A stretch of DNA of 64,000 nt from Gallionella sp. (lineage in GTDB: Bacteria > Pseudomonadota > Gammaproteobacteria > Burkholderiales > Gallionellaceae): contig JAJDNO010000030.1 of assembly GCA_022340615.1 (NCBI GenBank), positions 41,624-105,623 on the forward strand, in the 5' to 3' direction. The translations under genes were made by a program, and so were the position numbers. This document shows positions 21,159 through 32,822 of the stretch, piece after piece (positions within the stretch are counted from its first letter, which is position 1; each line of letters opens with the position of its first letter). The notes under the pieces were generated by a model. It did not search any database and was not told the DNA's origin. It was given only the letters and a program-made list of their open reading frames with translations.

Positions 21159-21988
21159 CAGAGCCCCAGCCGCTTCCAGATTTCCAGCGACGGGCCAGCA
21201 TGGTTCAGTGTATAGAAATGCAGGCCCGGCGCGCCGCCGGCGAGCAGCTTCTCGCACAGTTGCGTGACGACATCGAGGCCAAAGGCCTGAACCGCTTCGG
21301 TGTCATCCCCGTAACCTTCCAGTGTCTTGCGCATCCAGCGCGGGATTTCCGCGCCGCAGGCATCGGAAAAGCGCGCCAGCTGCGCAAACTTCACGACCGG
21401 CATGATGCCCGGCACGATCGGAACGGTGACGCCCAGCTTGCGGCACCCATCGACAAAGCGGAAGTAGCCATCCGCATTGTAGAAGTACTGGGTAATCGCG
21501 GAATCCGCGCCGGAATCGACCTTGCGCTTGAAGTTGAGCATGTCCTGTTGCGCGGATCTGGCCTGCGGGTGGAATTCAGGATAGGCGGCCACCTCGATAT
21601 GAAAATGGTCGCCGGTCTGCTCGCGGATGAACGCCACCAGTTCGTTGGCGTAGTGGAATTCGCCGATGCTGTGCATGCCGGAAGGCAGGTCGCCGCGTAG
21701 CGCGACGATGCGCTTGACACCCATATCCTTGTAGGTATTCAGGATTGCGACAATGTTCTCGCGAGTGGAACCGACGCAGGACAGGTGCGGCGCGGCGTTA
21801 TGGCCTTCGGCCTTGATCTGCCTTATGGTTTCCAGAGTGCGGTCCTGCGTGGAACCGCCCGCACCGAAGGTGACGGAAAAAAATTCCGGATTGAGCGGCG
21901 CCAGTTGCACGCGCACAGCCGCAAGCTTTTTTACCCCTTCCGGAGTTTGCGGCGGATAGAATTCGAAACTGAAAAGTCGACGGGTCAT
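21158..21988 (-). CDS. metF: 5,10-methylenetetrahydrofolate reductase
   Basis: SFEFYPP, SVTFGAGG, ALRGDLP, ITQYFY, LHFYTLN. Confidence 0.95.
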   Translation of the reverse strand: MTRRLFSFEFYPPQTPEGVKKLAAVRVQLAPLNPEFFSVTFGAGGSTQDRTLETIRQIKAEGHNAAPHLSCVGSTRENIVAILNTYKDMGVKRIVALRGDLPSGMHSIGEFHYANELVAFIREQTGDHFHIEVAAYPEFHPQARSAQQDMLNFKRKVDSGADSAITQYFYNADGYFRFVDGCRKLGVTVPIVPGIMPVVKFAQLARFSDACGAEIPRWMRKTLEGYGDDTEAVQAFGLDVVTQLCEKLLAGGAPGLHFYTLNHAGPSLEIWKRLGL

Positions 21989-21995
21989 GACAGCC

Positions 21996-22361
21996 TCATT
22001 GCTTTCTGATCAATTGTGCGGCCGCCGATGACAGCGCCCAGGAAAAAATACTGTAAAGCACTGCACCGACCACGCCGGACCAGAAACTGTCGACGACAAA
22101 TCCGCGCAGCACCGAGCCGACCAGCCAGAACAATGCACCGTTCACGACGAAGATGAAAAGCCCAAGCGTGATCACCGTGACCGGCAGCGTCAGCAGCAAC
22201 AGCAACGGGCGCAGCAGCGTATTGACCAGCCCGAGGAAAAACGCCGCGATCAGCGCCGCGCCAAAACCGGCCACGTGTATGCCCGGCACGTAGTTCGCGA
22301 CTGCGAACAATGCGAGCGCATTGAGCACCCAGATCAACAACAGCTGCAATTGCATATTCAT
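21996..22361 (-). CDS. Phage-holin-like 4TM membrane protein (YvlD/DUF360 family)
   Basis: ALFAVANYVPGI, GLVNTLLRPLL..LTLP..TLGLFIFVVN. Confidence 0.8.
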   Translation of the reverse strand: MNMQLQLLLIWVLNALALFAVANYVPGIHVAGFGAALIAAFFLGLVNTLLRPLLLLLTLPVTVITLGLFIFVVNGALFWLVGSVLRGFVVDSFWSGVVGAVLYSIFSWALSSAAAQLIRKQ

Positions 22362-22720
22362 TTGCTTGCTCCTCTGGCGGGCTTGGCTGCTTTTGCACGC
22401 AATGCCGAACCATATGCGGATTGGCACCAGTCGCTCATCTCCGCCGGCGAATCGAGGCTAGCAGGCGGCGCCGACCAATACGACAACTGCACGGCTCTGT
22501 TCCGGTTATGATAAACATAGGGGTGGCTGCCAGCCCGCTCGAACCGCGCCAGATTCTCGGCGTCGGTCTTGAAGAACAATTCGTCTTCGGCGATCAGCGC
22601 GAACATCAGCCCTTCGCGGTACAGGCCATGGCCCCCGAACATCCTGCGCGCCGACACCTCAGCCCAGCCCGCCATGAGTTCCACCACATAGTTGACGAAT
22701 TCATTGCGGGTAGTGGACAT
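22358..22720 (-). CDS. TfoX/Sxy N-terminal domain protein
   Basis: RRMFGGHGLY, FALIAEDELFFK, SYW. Confidence 0.85.
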   Translation of the reverse strand: MSTTRNEFVNYVVELMAGWAEVSARRMFGGHGLYREGLMFALIAEDELFFKTDAENLARFERAGSHPYVYHNRNRAVQLSYWSAPPASLDSPAEMSDWCQSAYGSALRAKAAKPARGASK

Positions 22721-22735
22721 GGCGGGCCTGCTTCG

Positions 22736-24148
<1,413 letters not shown>

Positions 24149-24176
24149 CTTAAGCTCCATTCATAAGTGGTAAATG

Positions 24177-24261
24177 AATGGGTGCAGTTGAAACGTGAAA
24201 ACCACTGCCTCCGAGCCTGGCGGGGGACTGAATCCAGCCCCGCTGCAGCACCCCTCGGAGT
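24177..24261 (-). ncRNA. SAH riboswitch
   Basis: RNA sense CUCCGAG-GGGUGC-UGCAG-[P2 hairpin]-CCAGG-CUCGGAG...AAC-UGCACCC: P1 stem, conserved CCAGG and pseudoknot GGGUGC/GCACCC, directly upstream of ahcY. Confidence 0.9.
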
Positions 24262-24268
24262 GTGGTGT

Positions 24269-24440
24269 AAATTTGTTGTGTGGGCGAATCGCGGTGTCGC
24301 GTGCTCGCTCACTCCTCGTCTATCTGTGCGATATGTCTCGTCGTTCGCTGATGATACTACTAGCCATTCGACTAAGCCCGCAAGCGGGCAAGTCGCTGGT
24401 TATGCGCGGCTCCTTGCGCCTCATCCCACACAACAAATTT
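24269..24440. mobile_element. MITE-like palindromic element with perfect 16-bp terminal inverted repeats and a nested hairpin element
   Basis: AAATTTGTTGTGTGGG (24269-24284) is the exact reverse complement of CCCACACAACAAATTT (24425-24440); core shared with the 38672 repeat. Confidence 0.65.
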
Positions 24441-24464
24441 CAGAGGTGTTTTCTACGAATTGAT

Positions 24465-25628
24465 TTACTTGCCGGCATCCTCGCGCAGCACTTCGGCGCG
24501 ATCCGCGGCTTCCCAGGTGAAATCCGGCTCTTCCCGGCCAAAGTGGCCATAGGCAGCGGTGTTTTCATAGATCGGGCGCAGCAGATCCAGCATCTGAACG
24601 ATGCCTTTGGGACGCAGATCGAAGTGTTGCATCACCAGCTCGGTCATTTTTTCGTTCGAGATCTTGCCGGTTCCATAAGTGTCCACCATGACGCTGGTCG
24701 GTTTCGCCACGCCGATCGCATAGGAGATCTGCACCAGGCACTTGCTCGCCAGACCGGCGGCGACGATATTCTTGGCGACATAACGGCTGGCATAGGCAGC
24801 GGAGCGATCCACCTTGGACGGGTCCTTGCCGGAGAATGCGCCGCCGCCGTGCGGCGCGGCGCCGCCGTATGTGTCGACGATGATCTTGCGTCCGGTCAGT
24901 CCGCAATCGCCCTGCGGTCCGCCAACAACAAAGCGTCCGGTCGGGTTGATCAGGTAGTTGATATTGCCCTTGACCAGCTCCTTCGGCAGTATCGGCTTGA
25001 TGATCTCCTCGATCGCGGCCTCGCGGATCTGCTCGAGCGTCATTTCCGGCGCATGCTGGGTGGAGAGCACCACGGTATCGATGGAATCAGGCTTGCCATC
25101 CAGATAGCGGATCGTCACCTGCGACTTGGCATCCGGACGCAGCCACGGCAAGCGTCCGTCGTGGCGCAACTCCGCCTGGCGTTCCACCACTCGGTGCGCC
25201 AGGTAGATCGCCAGCGGCATCAGCGTCGGGGTTTCATCGCAGGCGTAGCCGAACATCAAGCCCTGGTCGCCTGCGCCCTGATTCAGGTAATCGTCGGATG
25301 CGCGGTCCACGCCCTGCGCGATATCCGGGCTTTGCTTGTCATAGGCGACCAGCACCGCGCAACCCTTGTAGTCGATACCGTAATCGGTGTTGTCGTAGCC
25401 GATGCGCTTGATGGTATTGCGCGCCACCGTGATGTAGTCGACATTCGCGGTGGTAGTGATCTCGCCCGCCAGGACCACCAGTCCGGTATTGGTCAGCGTC
25501 TCCGCCGCCACCCGCGCATACGGGTCTTGCGCTAGAATGGCGTCCAGAATCGCATCGGATATCTGGTCTGCGACCTTGTCCGGATGGCCCTCGGATACGG
25601 ATTCGGACGTAAACAAATAATCACTCAT
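24465..25628 (-). CDS. metK: S-adenosylmethionine synthetase
   Basis: [43 protein letters not shown]. Confidence 0.98.
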   Translation of the reverse strand: MSDYLFTSESVSEGHPDKVADQISDAILDAILAQDPYARVAAETLTNTGLVVLAGEITTTANVDYITVARNTIKRIGYDNTDYGIDYKGCAVLVAYDKQSPDIAQGVDRASDDYLNQGAGDQGLMFGYACDETPTLMPLAIYLAHRVVERQAELRHDGRLPWLRPDAKSQVTIRYLDGKPDSIDTVVLSTQHAPEMTLEQIREAAIEEIIKPILPKELVKGNINYLINPTGRFVVGGPQGDCGLTGRKIIVDTYGGAAPHGGGAFSGKDPSKVDRSAAYASRYVAKNIVAAGLASKCLVQISYAIGVAKPTSVMVDTYGTGKISNEKMTELVMQHFDLRPKGIVQMLDLLRPIYENTAAYGHFGREEPDFTWEAADRAEVLREDAGK

Positions 25629-25694
25629 GGTTCCCAGTTCAAATTAAGAAAAATCAAAGGCGCGCATTGTATCAAATAGTTCGCCTGACCGCAG

Positions 25695-26573
25695 ATGACC
25701 TCACTACTGTTCAAATCGATCTTTCGCCTGCTGTCCATCCTGCCGCTGCGGTGGCTGCACGCTCTGGGCGCGCTGCTCGGCCGCATTACCTATGCGGCAT
25801 CCGGAGAATATGCCGCGCGCACCCGTGAAAACCTGCGGCAGTCGAAACTGGCCGGCAGCGAAGCCGATTTCACCGGGCTGCTCGAACAGGCCATAGACGA
25901 AGCCGGCAAGGGCATGACCGAGCTTCCCTGGCTGTGGCTCAGGCCGTTCGAACAGGTCTGCGCAACCGTGCGCAGCTGCCAGGGATGGGAACATGTCGAG
26001 GCTGCCGATGCGCAAGGCAACGGGATCATTTTTCTGACTCCGCACTGGGGCTGCTTCGAAATTACCAGCCTGTATATTGCACAGCACCTGCCGCTGACCA
26101 ACCTGTACAGCTCGCCGAAGCAGGACTGGCTGGAACCGTTGATGCGCAGCGGTCGCGAGCGCGGCAAGGCACGCCTAGCGACCGCGGACATGACCGGCGT
26201 ACGCATGCTGTTCAAGGCACTGAAACGCGGAGAGGCGATCGGCCTGCTGCCCGACCAGGTTCCAAGCAAGGGCGAAGGCGAATGGGCGGATTTCTTCTCG
26301 CGCCCCGCTTACACCATGACGCTGGGCGGCCGTCTTGCCCAGTCCACCGGCGCTGCCGTACTGCTGGTGTATGCCGAACGCCTGCCGAAAGGCGCGGGAT
26401 ACAAGCTGATTTTCGAGCCGCTGGCGCTGGACTTCTCCACATCCGTGCCGCAACAGATCAATGCGGCGCTGGAACGCGTGATTGCGATTTCCCCGGCGCA
26501 GTATCTGTGGAGCTACAACCACTACAAGGTCCCGCTTGGCGTGGCACCGCCCGCTTCGGGAGAACCGGCATGA
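25695..26573 (+). CDS. Lipid A acyltransferase (LpxL/LpxP family)
   Basis: TPHWGCFE catalytic motif, LLPDQVP, QYLWSY. Confidence 0.85.
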   Translation: MTSLLFKSIFRLLSILPLRWLHALGALLGRITYAASGEYAARTRENLRQSKLAGSEADFTGLLEQAIDEAGKGMTELPWLWLRPFEQVCATVRSCQGWEHVEAADAQGNGIIFLTPHWGCFEITSLYIAQHLPLTNLYSSPKQDWLEPLMRSGRERGKARLATADMTGVRMLFKALKRGEAIGLLPDQVPSKGEGEWADFFSRPAYTMTLGGRLAQSTGAAVLLVYAERLPKGAGYKLIFEPLALDFSTSVPQQINAALERVIAISPAQYLWSYNHYKVPLGVAPPASGEPA

Positions 26574-27442
26574 TAGCCAGGCTGGGCGTATTCATTTTAT
26601 GGCTGCTGCACTTCCTGCCGTTCCGCGTTCTGGTGTGGATCGGCACCAGCCTGGGCTCGCTGCTTTATCTGGTCGCCGCAGAACGACGCAGGGTCGGCAC
26701 CATCAACCTGAAACTGTGCTTCCCCGAACTGGGCGATCAGGCGCGAACGAAACTGCTGCGCAACCACTTCAGAATGTTCACCCGCGGCCTGATCGAGCGC
26801 TGCATCCTGTGGTGGTCCAGCGCGGAATACATCAACAGCCTGATCCGTGTCGAGGGCGCCGAACATTTCGAGGCGATTCAGGGCAAGCCCGCGATCCTGC
26901 TCACGCCGCATTTTGTCGGCATGGATGCCGGCGGACAGTGGATCGCGCAGCACACCGACACGGTATGCATGTACGCGAACCAGAAGAACGTCTACCTGAC
27001 CGAGCTGCTGCTGCAAAAGCGCGCGCGCTTCCGCAACCAGCACCTGTACTCGCGCCAGCAGGGGTTGCGGCCTATCCTGAAAGGGATGCGCGCCGGCATG
27101 CCGTTCATCTATCCGCCGGACCAGGACCAGGGCATCAGGGACGGCGCATTCATCCCGTTCTTCGGCGTGCCTGCCGCGACGATGACATCGGTGCCGCGCA
27201 TCGCGCAAATGACCGGCGCGAAAGTGCTGCCATGCATCACGCGGTTGCTGCCGGGCGGCGCTGGTTATGTGCTGACCTTTTATCCGGCCTGGAATAATTA
27301 TCCGAGCGGGGACGATATCGCGGATACGCGGCGCATGAACGAATTCATCGAACAGCGCATACTGGAAATGCCGGAACAGTATTTCTGGCTGCACAAGCGC
27401 TTCAAGACACGCCCGCCCGGCGAAGAGAGGTTCTACAAATGA
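26570..27442 (+). CDS. Second lipid A acyltransferase (LpxL family)
   Basis: [27 protein letters not shown]; ATGA-coupled to the upstream gene. Confidence 0.88.
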   Translation: MIARLGVFILWLLHFLPFRVLVWIGTSLGSLLYLVAAERRRVGTINLKLCFPELGDQARTKLLRNHFRMFTRGLIERCILWWSSAEYINSLIRVEGAEHFEAIQGKPAILLTPHFVGMDAGGQWIAQHTDTVCMYANQKNVYLTELLLQKRARFRNQHLYSRQQGLRPILKGMRAGMPFIYPPDQDQGIRDGAFIPFFGVPAATMTSVPRIAQMTGAKVLPCITRLLPGGAGYVLTFYPAWNNYPSGDDIADTRRMNEFIEQRILEMPEQYFWLHKRFKTRPPGEERFYK

Positions 27443-28902
27443 AATATGACGACCTGCGCGACTTCATTGCACAACTGGAAAAGCTCGGCGAACTAAAGCG
27501 CGTCAGCGCAGCGGTTTCTCCCCATCTTGAAATGACCGAAATCTGCGACCGGGTCCTGCGCGCGCAAGGCCCGGCGATCCTGTTCGAAAACCCGACCGGG
27601 CACAGCGTGCCTGTCCTCGCCAACCTGTTCGGCACGCCGCGCCGCGTCGCGCTGGGCATGGGCGAAGAATCCACCGCGGCGCTGCGCGAGGTAGGCAAGC
27701 TGCTCGCCTACCTGAAGGAACCCGAACCGCCCAAAGGCCTGAAGGATGCATGGGAAAAATGGCCGGTGCTGAAACAGGTGATGACCATGTCGCCGAAGAT
27801 TCTGTCACGCGCCCCTTGCCAGGATGTCGTCTGGGAAGGCGGCGAAGTCGATCTGGGCAGGCTGCCGATACAGACCTGCTGGCCCGGCGATGTCGCGCCG
27901 CTGATCACCTGGGGCCTGGTGGTCACCCGCGGGCCGACCAAGTCGCGCCAGAACCTCGGCATCTACCGCCAGCAGGTGATCGGACCGAACAAGGTCATCA
28001 TGCGCTGGCTCGCGCAGCGCGGCGGCGCGCTTGATTTCCAGGACTGGAAGAAGACCCATCCCGGTGAGCCCTTTCCGGTTGCGGTGGTGATCGGCGCCGA
28101 TCCGGCTACGATACTCGGCGCGGTCACCCCTGTGCCGGACAGCCTCTCCGAATATCAGTTCGCCGGACTGCTGCGCGGCAGCAAGACCGAACTGGTGAAA
28201 TGTATAGGCAACGATCTGCAGGTGCCGGCCAGCGCCGAGATCGTGCTTGAAGGCGTGATCCATCCCGACGAGATGGCACTGGAAGGACCGTACGGTGACC
28301 ACACCGGCTACTACAACGAACAGGACCAGTTCCCGGTATTCACGATAGAACGCATCACGATGCGCCGCGATCCGATCTACCACTCGACCTATACCGGCAA
28401 GCCGCCCGACGAGCCGGCGATGCTTGGCGTTGCGCTGAACGAGGTGTTCGTGCCGCTGCTGCAGAAGCAGTTCCCCGAGATCGTGGATTTCTATCTGCCC
28501 CCGGAAGGTTGCAGCTACCGGATGGCGGTGGTCAGCATCCGCAAGCAGTATCCAGGACATGCGAAGCGCGTGATGTTCGGCATCTGGAGTTTTTTGCGCC
28601 AGTTCATGTACACCAAGTTCATCATCGTGGTGGACGACGACATCGACGCGCGGGACTGGAAGGAAGTGATCTGGGCGATCACCACGCGCGTCGATCCGGT
28701 GCGCGACACCCTGCTGGTCGACAACACCCCGATCGACTACCTGGATTTCGCGAGCCCGGTGTCGGGACTGGGCGGCAAGATGGGGCTGGATGCGACCAAC
28801 AAATGGCCCGGTGAAACGCAGCGCGAATGGGGCACACCTATCGTGATGGATGCGGCGGTGAAAGCCAAGGTTGATGCGATGTGGAGCGAGTTGGGATTGT
28901 AG
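27439..28902 (+). CDS. ubiD: 4-hydroxy-3-polyprenylbenzoate decarboxylase
   Basis: [38 protein letters not shown]. Confidence 0.96.
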   Translation: MKYDDLRDFIAQLEKLGELKRVSAAVSPHLEMTEICDRVLRAQGPAILFENPTGHSVPVLANLFGTPRRVALGMGEESTAALREVGKLLAYLKEPEPPKGLKDAWEKWPVLKQVMTMSPKILSRAPCQDVVWEGGEVDLGRLPIQTCWPGDVAPLITWGLVVTRGPTKSRQNLGIYRQQVIGPNKVIMRWLAQRGGALDFQDWKKTHPGEPFPVAVVIGADPATILGAVTPVPDSLSEYQFAGLLRGSKTELVKCIGNDLQVPASAEIVLEGVIHPDEMALEGPYGDHTGYYNEQDQFPVFTIERITMRRDPIYHSTYTGKPPDEPAMLGVALNEVFVPLLQKQFPEIVDFYLPPEGCSYRMAVVSIRKQYPGHAKRVMFGIWSFLRQFMYTKFIIVVDDDIDARDWKEVIWAITTRVDPVRDTLLVDNTPIDYLDFASPVSGLGGKMGLDATNKWPGETQREWGTPIVMDAAVKAKVDAMWSELGL

Positions 28903-28947
28903 CTATCGGGGAAACTGCGTTTCAACGCCCCGGTTTCCCGGAACTGA

Positions 28948-29772
28948 TCAGAACGCTGCCCCTAGCCCGATCCTGACCGTCGTGTACTTTGTGCTGCTGT
29001 CCGGCTCCCATCCGTAATACCCACCTCCAAGCGGATACAGCGCGCTGATGCCATAGTTGAAGCTTGTATATTCAATATCCAGCGTCGCGTGCAAGTTTTG
29101 CACAAACGCATAGTCTGCAGCCGCCCCGACCCTGAACAGAGCGGAATTCCCGAGAGGGCCCGAGAATGCGCCATTGATCGCGATGTTCGAACCAAACGTA
29201 TGTCCGAACGTCGCACGGGCCGAAAGCACCGTCCTGTTTGCAGGGGTGTACTGAGCCAGCACACCTATCCCGTAATAATTGTGGGTATACAACTCGCCCA
29301 TATTCACAGCCCTGTCCCATTCGTGATGACCGAGCTCCAGGTAGGGTGTCAGCATGAACTGGTCATTGACCATAAAGCCGGCACCGTAACGTGCACTGAA
29401 ATTCGTCAATGCTGCGCCGGAAGTACTGACGACTGAACCATACGGCGTCGGAGGCGGGCCAAGCAAACCGCCCATATATTTGGTGTTGCCGCTGGCATGG
29501 TCGTACTCCGCTTCGATATAGTCATTGCCCAGCCAAAGATCATGCATTGTTGAAACCGACAGCGCATAGCCGGGCACGGGGCCCTTCTCTGTATCCAGCG
29601 TTCCGGGCGGGATTAATACCCCATCGCCTGTTTCGGTGTAATCGACATAAGTCGATACAAGCTGAAAGCCGACCTGGTTGTTGGCTGCCTTGATATCTGA
29701 CGTGTCCGCAAACGCAGTTGATATACCGGAAAGAACAGCGATTGCCATCAGCGCCAACGGGATTTTCTTCAT
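28948..29772 (-). CDS. Outer membrane beta-barrel protein (274 aa)
   Basis: Signal peptide, Tyr/Gly-rich amphipathic strands, C-terminal Phe. Confidence 0.7.
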   Translation of the reverse strand: MKKIPLALMAIAVLSGISTAFADTSDIKAANNQVGFQLVSTYVDYTETGDGVLIPPGTLDTEKGPVPGYALSVSTMHDLWLGNDYIEAEYDHASGNTKYMGGLLGPPPTPYGSVVSTSGAALTNFSARYGAGFMVNDQFMLTPYLELGHHEWDRAVNMGELYTHNYYGIGVLAQYTPANRTVLSARATFGHTFGSNIAINGAFSGPLGNSALFRVGAAADYAFVQNLHATLDIEYTSFNYGISALYPLGGGYYGWEPDSSTKYTTVRIGLGAAF

Positions 29773-29829
29773 GTCATCTCCGGACTGTATTAATACGCAC
29801 CCGTGCCTATCTGCTGCCGGGCAAACAAA

Positions 29830-30375
29830 TCAATAGAAATCGTAGACCACGCCCAGGGAGGCCGAAGACGCTTTCATTGGCGGGAAGAAATTGTCGAACT
29901 TCCCATAGCTGTCAAACAATGCACGCACACTGACCTGTGAATTGACGTGGAATTGCGCGCCCAAACCGAACAGCAAGTCGCCGCGTGTCCAGTTGCCGTA
30001 TCCATTTGATGCGTCCGAATAAGTTTCAGCATTGCTTGCCAGCCCCAGTTTGCCGATCAGGTCGAATTGCGAATTCAGCGGCATAATGGCCAGTGCCGAA
30101 AGCTGGAATGAAGTTGCAGAAATGACTGCAGGTCCGTAAACAGGATCAAGGTAGTTCGAATCGCCAAACATGGAATAGCCCATCTCGACCGCGAATACCG
30201 GGCTGAAATAAAAGCCGCCTGCAATTCGGATCACGTTCGGATTGGACCAGCCGGGCAAATTGCTATATGTGGCCGAACCGACATCAGCGGCCACATAGTA
30301 AGTGCCGGTATTGTCAGCCAGCGCCGGGGCGGCCGCAAAGGCAGATAGCAAAACGACAACAACAAGTTTTTTCAA
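29830..30375 (-). CDS. OmpA/OmpW-like 8-stranded beta-barrel (porin family)
   Basis: TTG start behind AGGAG; signal ..AAPALA; FAVEMGY, LLFGLGAQF. Confidence 0.75.
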   Translation of the reverse strand: MKKLVVVVLLSAFAAAPALADNTGTYYVAADVGSATYSNLPGWSNPNVIRIAGGFYFSPVFAVEMGYSMFGDSNYLDPVYGPAVISATSFQLSALAIMPLNSQFDLIGKLGLASNAETYSDASNGYGNWTRGDLLFGLGAQFHVNSQVSVRALFDSYGKFDNFFPPMKASSASLGVVYDFY

Positions 30376-30476
30376 GACGGGTCTCCTTCTCCAATTGATA
30401 CGATCAAATAGCAACAGTGTCATGCAGGCAGTCGGTGTTGTCGGCATGCTGCAGACGGATGAATCAGGCGCTCTGC

Positions 30477-30980
30477 CTAGAACTTCATAATTGCGCCTAA
30501 CGTCAGGCCGCCATAGTTGTTGAAGTTCAAGTCGGCTGATATCTGCGGCGTGACTTCATAACGCGCACCTACTGTAAGGTACAGACCGCCGGAATCAGCG
30601 CCTATTCCGAACGGCTGAGCCGGACCGCTCAACGTCGAATTCAGCGTGATCAGGCCCAGTCCCGCATAGGGGCTGATCCTGCTGTTGTTTTTGATTACCG
30701 GACCGAAATCATAGATCGCGGCAACACCGAGCGCGTTGTAGCTGTACTGATAGGTGCCCGCCGGCGTGCCATAGGACTGCGAGTAGTTTTTCCAGAACAC
30801 CTGGGCTGAAACAGGCGCCTTGTTGGACATCATCGAAGAAACGTCGAATTCGGCCTGGACGCCGAACACACCATTCAGGTCCAGCCCGTAATTGATCCCG
30901 ATACTGTTTTTGCCTTCCGCCGCAAATGCGGGAGTCGCGATAACAGTGGATAACAGCGCAGCGACAACGATTTTATTCAT
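30477..30980 (-). CDS. Small outer membrane beta-barrel protein
   Basis: Signal ..ATPAFA, SPYAGLGL, VGARY, C-terminal Phe. Confidence 0.72.
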   Translation of the reverse strand: MNKIVVAALLSTVIATPAFAAEGKNSIGINYGLDLNGVFGVQAEFDVSSMMSNKAPVSAQVFWKNYSQSYGTPAGTYQYSYNALGVAAIYDFGPVIKNNSRISPYAGLGLITLNSTLSGPAQPFGIGADSGGLYLTVGARYEVTPQISADLNFNNYGGLTLGAIMKF

Positions 30981-31085
30981 GACTTCAGTTTCCTTTTTGG
31001 TTGATTATGGTACGAACTGCCTGATGCATGTTTGCGATAGCTATCTATAGCTGCGTGGAACGGTAATTTCGCCGTTACAAACGGC

Positions 31086-32822
31086 TCATCCGGCATCCTG
31101 CTGCAGCCATTCGATCAGTGCATTTTGTGCCGGTTCCGCACGCGCGGCGTTGCGTCCGTTGACGATGAACACCACGATCCATTGCCTGCCGTCATGCGCT
31201 TTGACATAGCCCGCAATCGATTTAACGCCGTCCAGCGTGCCGGTCTTGAGGTGTGCATATCCCGCGATATCGCTATCCCTGAAGCGTTTCCTTACCGTGC
31301 CGTCGATGCCCAGGATAGGCAGCGAAGCTTCCAGCTCGGCATGGAACGGGCTGTTCATCACGCGCTGCAGCAGTTCGGCGATATGCCGGGCGCTGATGCG
31401 GGCCTTGCGCGACAGACCGGCGCCGTTATCCAGAACCAGTTCCGGGAAGTGCAGTTGCTGCGTCGCCAGCCATTGCCTGATCACCGCAATGCTGCGCGCG
31501 ACGTTGGCTGCAAGAGGGTCGGCGCCTGCGTCAAGACCGACCGAAGGACGAGTGTCTGGCGGCGTCTCCTTTACGGGGGTAAACGGAGGGGCACCCACTG
31601 GAGTATCCCTCGCGGGTGCTCCCGAAATGTCGTCCGTTGTGGCGGCAACGCCTGAAGCGGGTTGCTGCAGCGCAGCGGGCTGGATATCCCCGGCTACCTC
31701 GCTTTCATCCTGGGCGGTCGGATCCGGCTGCGATGCGGCATCCTCTTCCGTACCCGCAATATCCCCGCCTTCCTGCCTGGTCTGCAGCGAACCGGCCATC
31801 AGCGCCTGGGGGCCGTCATTGTCGTTTGCGGCGAGCAGGCCATTCGCATCCGCCCAGTCTGCCGTCCCCAGGGTCAGGAACAGTTGCCGCGCCATCGTGT
31901 TATTGCTGAACTTGTTGATGTCGCGTATCACTTCCGCCAGCGGCGGCGAAACATAGCGTGAGTAAGGTGCCTCGCCTGCAGGCGCAATTCCGTCGCGCAG
32001 CCTGCCCTGCACGGTGCCGCCCAGTTCCTTCCATAATGCGCTGAACACCGCGAAGAAGTACTGATCCTGCGGCAACAGCGAAAAATATTCGTCCGACTCT
32101 CCGCAGCCGGCCGGAATGCGGCCTTCCAGCACGATGTCGTGCCCTTTCAGGCGCGCCTGCCAGGTATCCCTCATCCAGCAGTGCAGTCGTGTTGAAGTGG
32201 TGATGCGGTTGACCACCGTGTATCCGTCCAGGTCGGGATCCATCAACGCCCTGGTCCCGTGGCCGTCCGGAATCAGGTGCAGGTGCAGCGCATTGAAGTT
32301 CAGCAGCAGCGCGTTGGTGCCGACGTTATAGGCACGGGTGGGGTCATTATCAAATGCCCCCGGATCCTGTTTGACCGACTCGAAAAAACTGTGGTCCAGC
32401 ACGATGTCGCCGCGTATCTCGCGCAGCCCGCGCTGGCGCAATTCGTGCAGCCACAGCCAGAATTGCTCGATGGTCAGTTTCGGGTCGCCATAGCCTTTGA
32501 ATACCAGGTTGCCCTGCAGCACACCGTTTTCCAGCTTGCCGTCGAGATACGCCTCGGTCTTCCAGCGGTACGCCGGGCCCAGCGTTTCCAGCGCGGCGAT
32601 CGTGGTGAGCAGCTTCATCGTCGATGCCGGGTTGATTGCGCGGTCGGCGTTCAGGCTGATCAGCGGCCGTTGAGCATTCGTCTGCTGCACCAGGATGCTT
32701 ACCCGGGACAGAGGAATGTGTGCGTGCCTGAGCGACGCCCTGACCGGCTCGGGCAGGGTCGATGCAACTGCCCGGGTCGTGATCAGGCAGAGCAGGAACA
32801 GGCTGAAAAGAAATAATCTCAT
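31086..32822 (-). CDS. dacB: D-alanyl-D-alanine carboxypeptidase/endopeptidase PBP4, with acidic insertion
   Basis: PASTMK (SxxK), KFSNN (SxN), KTGTL (KTG), GYGDPKL. Confidence 0.92.
   Translation of the reverse strand: MRLFLFSLFLLCLITTRAVASTLPEPVRASLRHAHIPLSRVSILVQQTNAQRPLISLNADRAINPASTMKLLTTIAALETLGPAYRWKTEAYLDGKLENGVLQGNLVFKGYGDPKLTIEQFWLWLHELRQRGLREIRGDIVLDHSFFESVKQDPGAFDNDPTRAYNVGTNALLLNFNALHLHLIPDGHGTRALMDPDLDGYTVVNRITTSTRLHCWMRDTWQARLKGHDIVLEGRIPAGCGESDEYFSLLPQDQYFFAVFSALWKELGGTVQGRLRDGIAPAGEAPYSRYVSPPLAEVIRDINKFSNNTMARQLFLTLGTADWADANGLLAANDNDGPQALMAGSLQTRQEGGDIAGTEEDAASQPDPTAQDESEVAGDIQPAALQQPASGVAATTDDISGAPARDTPVGAPPFTPVKETPPDTRPSVGLDAGADPLAANVARSIAVIRQWLATQQLHFPELVLDNGAGLSRKARISARHIAELLQRVMNSPFHAELEASLPILGIDGTVRKRFRDSDIAGYAHLKTGTLDGVKSIAGYVKAHDGRQWIVVFIVNGRNAARAEPAQNALIEWLQQDAG

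Noticed and set aside
24167-24463. 98-aa and overlapping ORFs between ahcY and metK
   Set aside because: They run through the SAH riboswitch and the palindromic repeat; likely spurious.
30395-30407. FNR box
   Set aside because: TTGAT/ATCAA are separated by 3 nt rather than 4; kept only as a generic palindrome.
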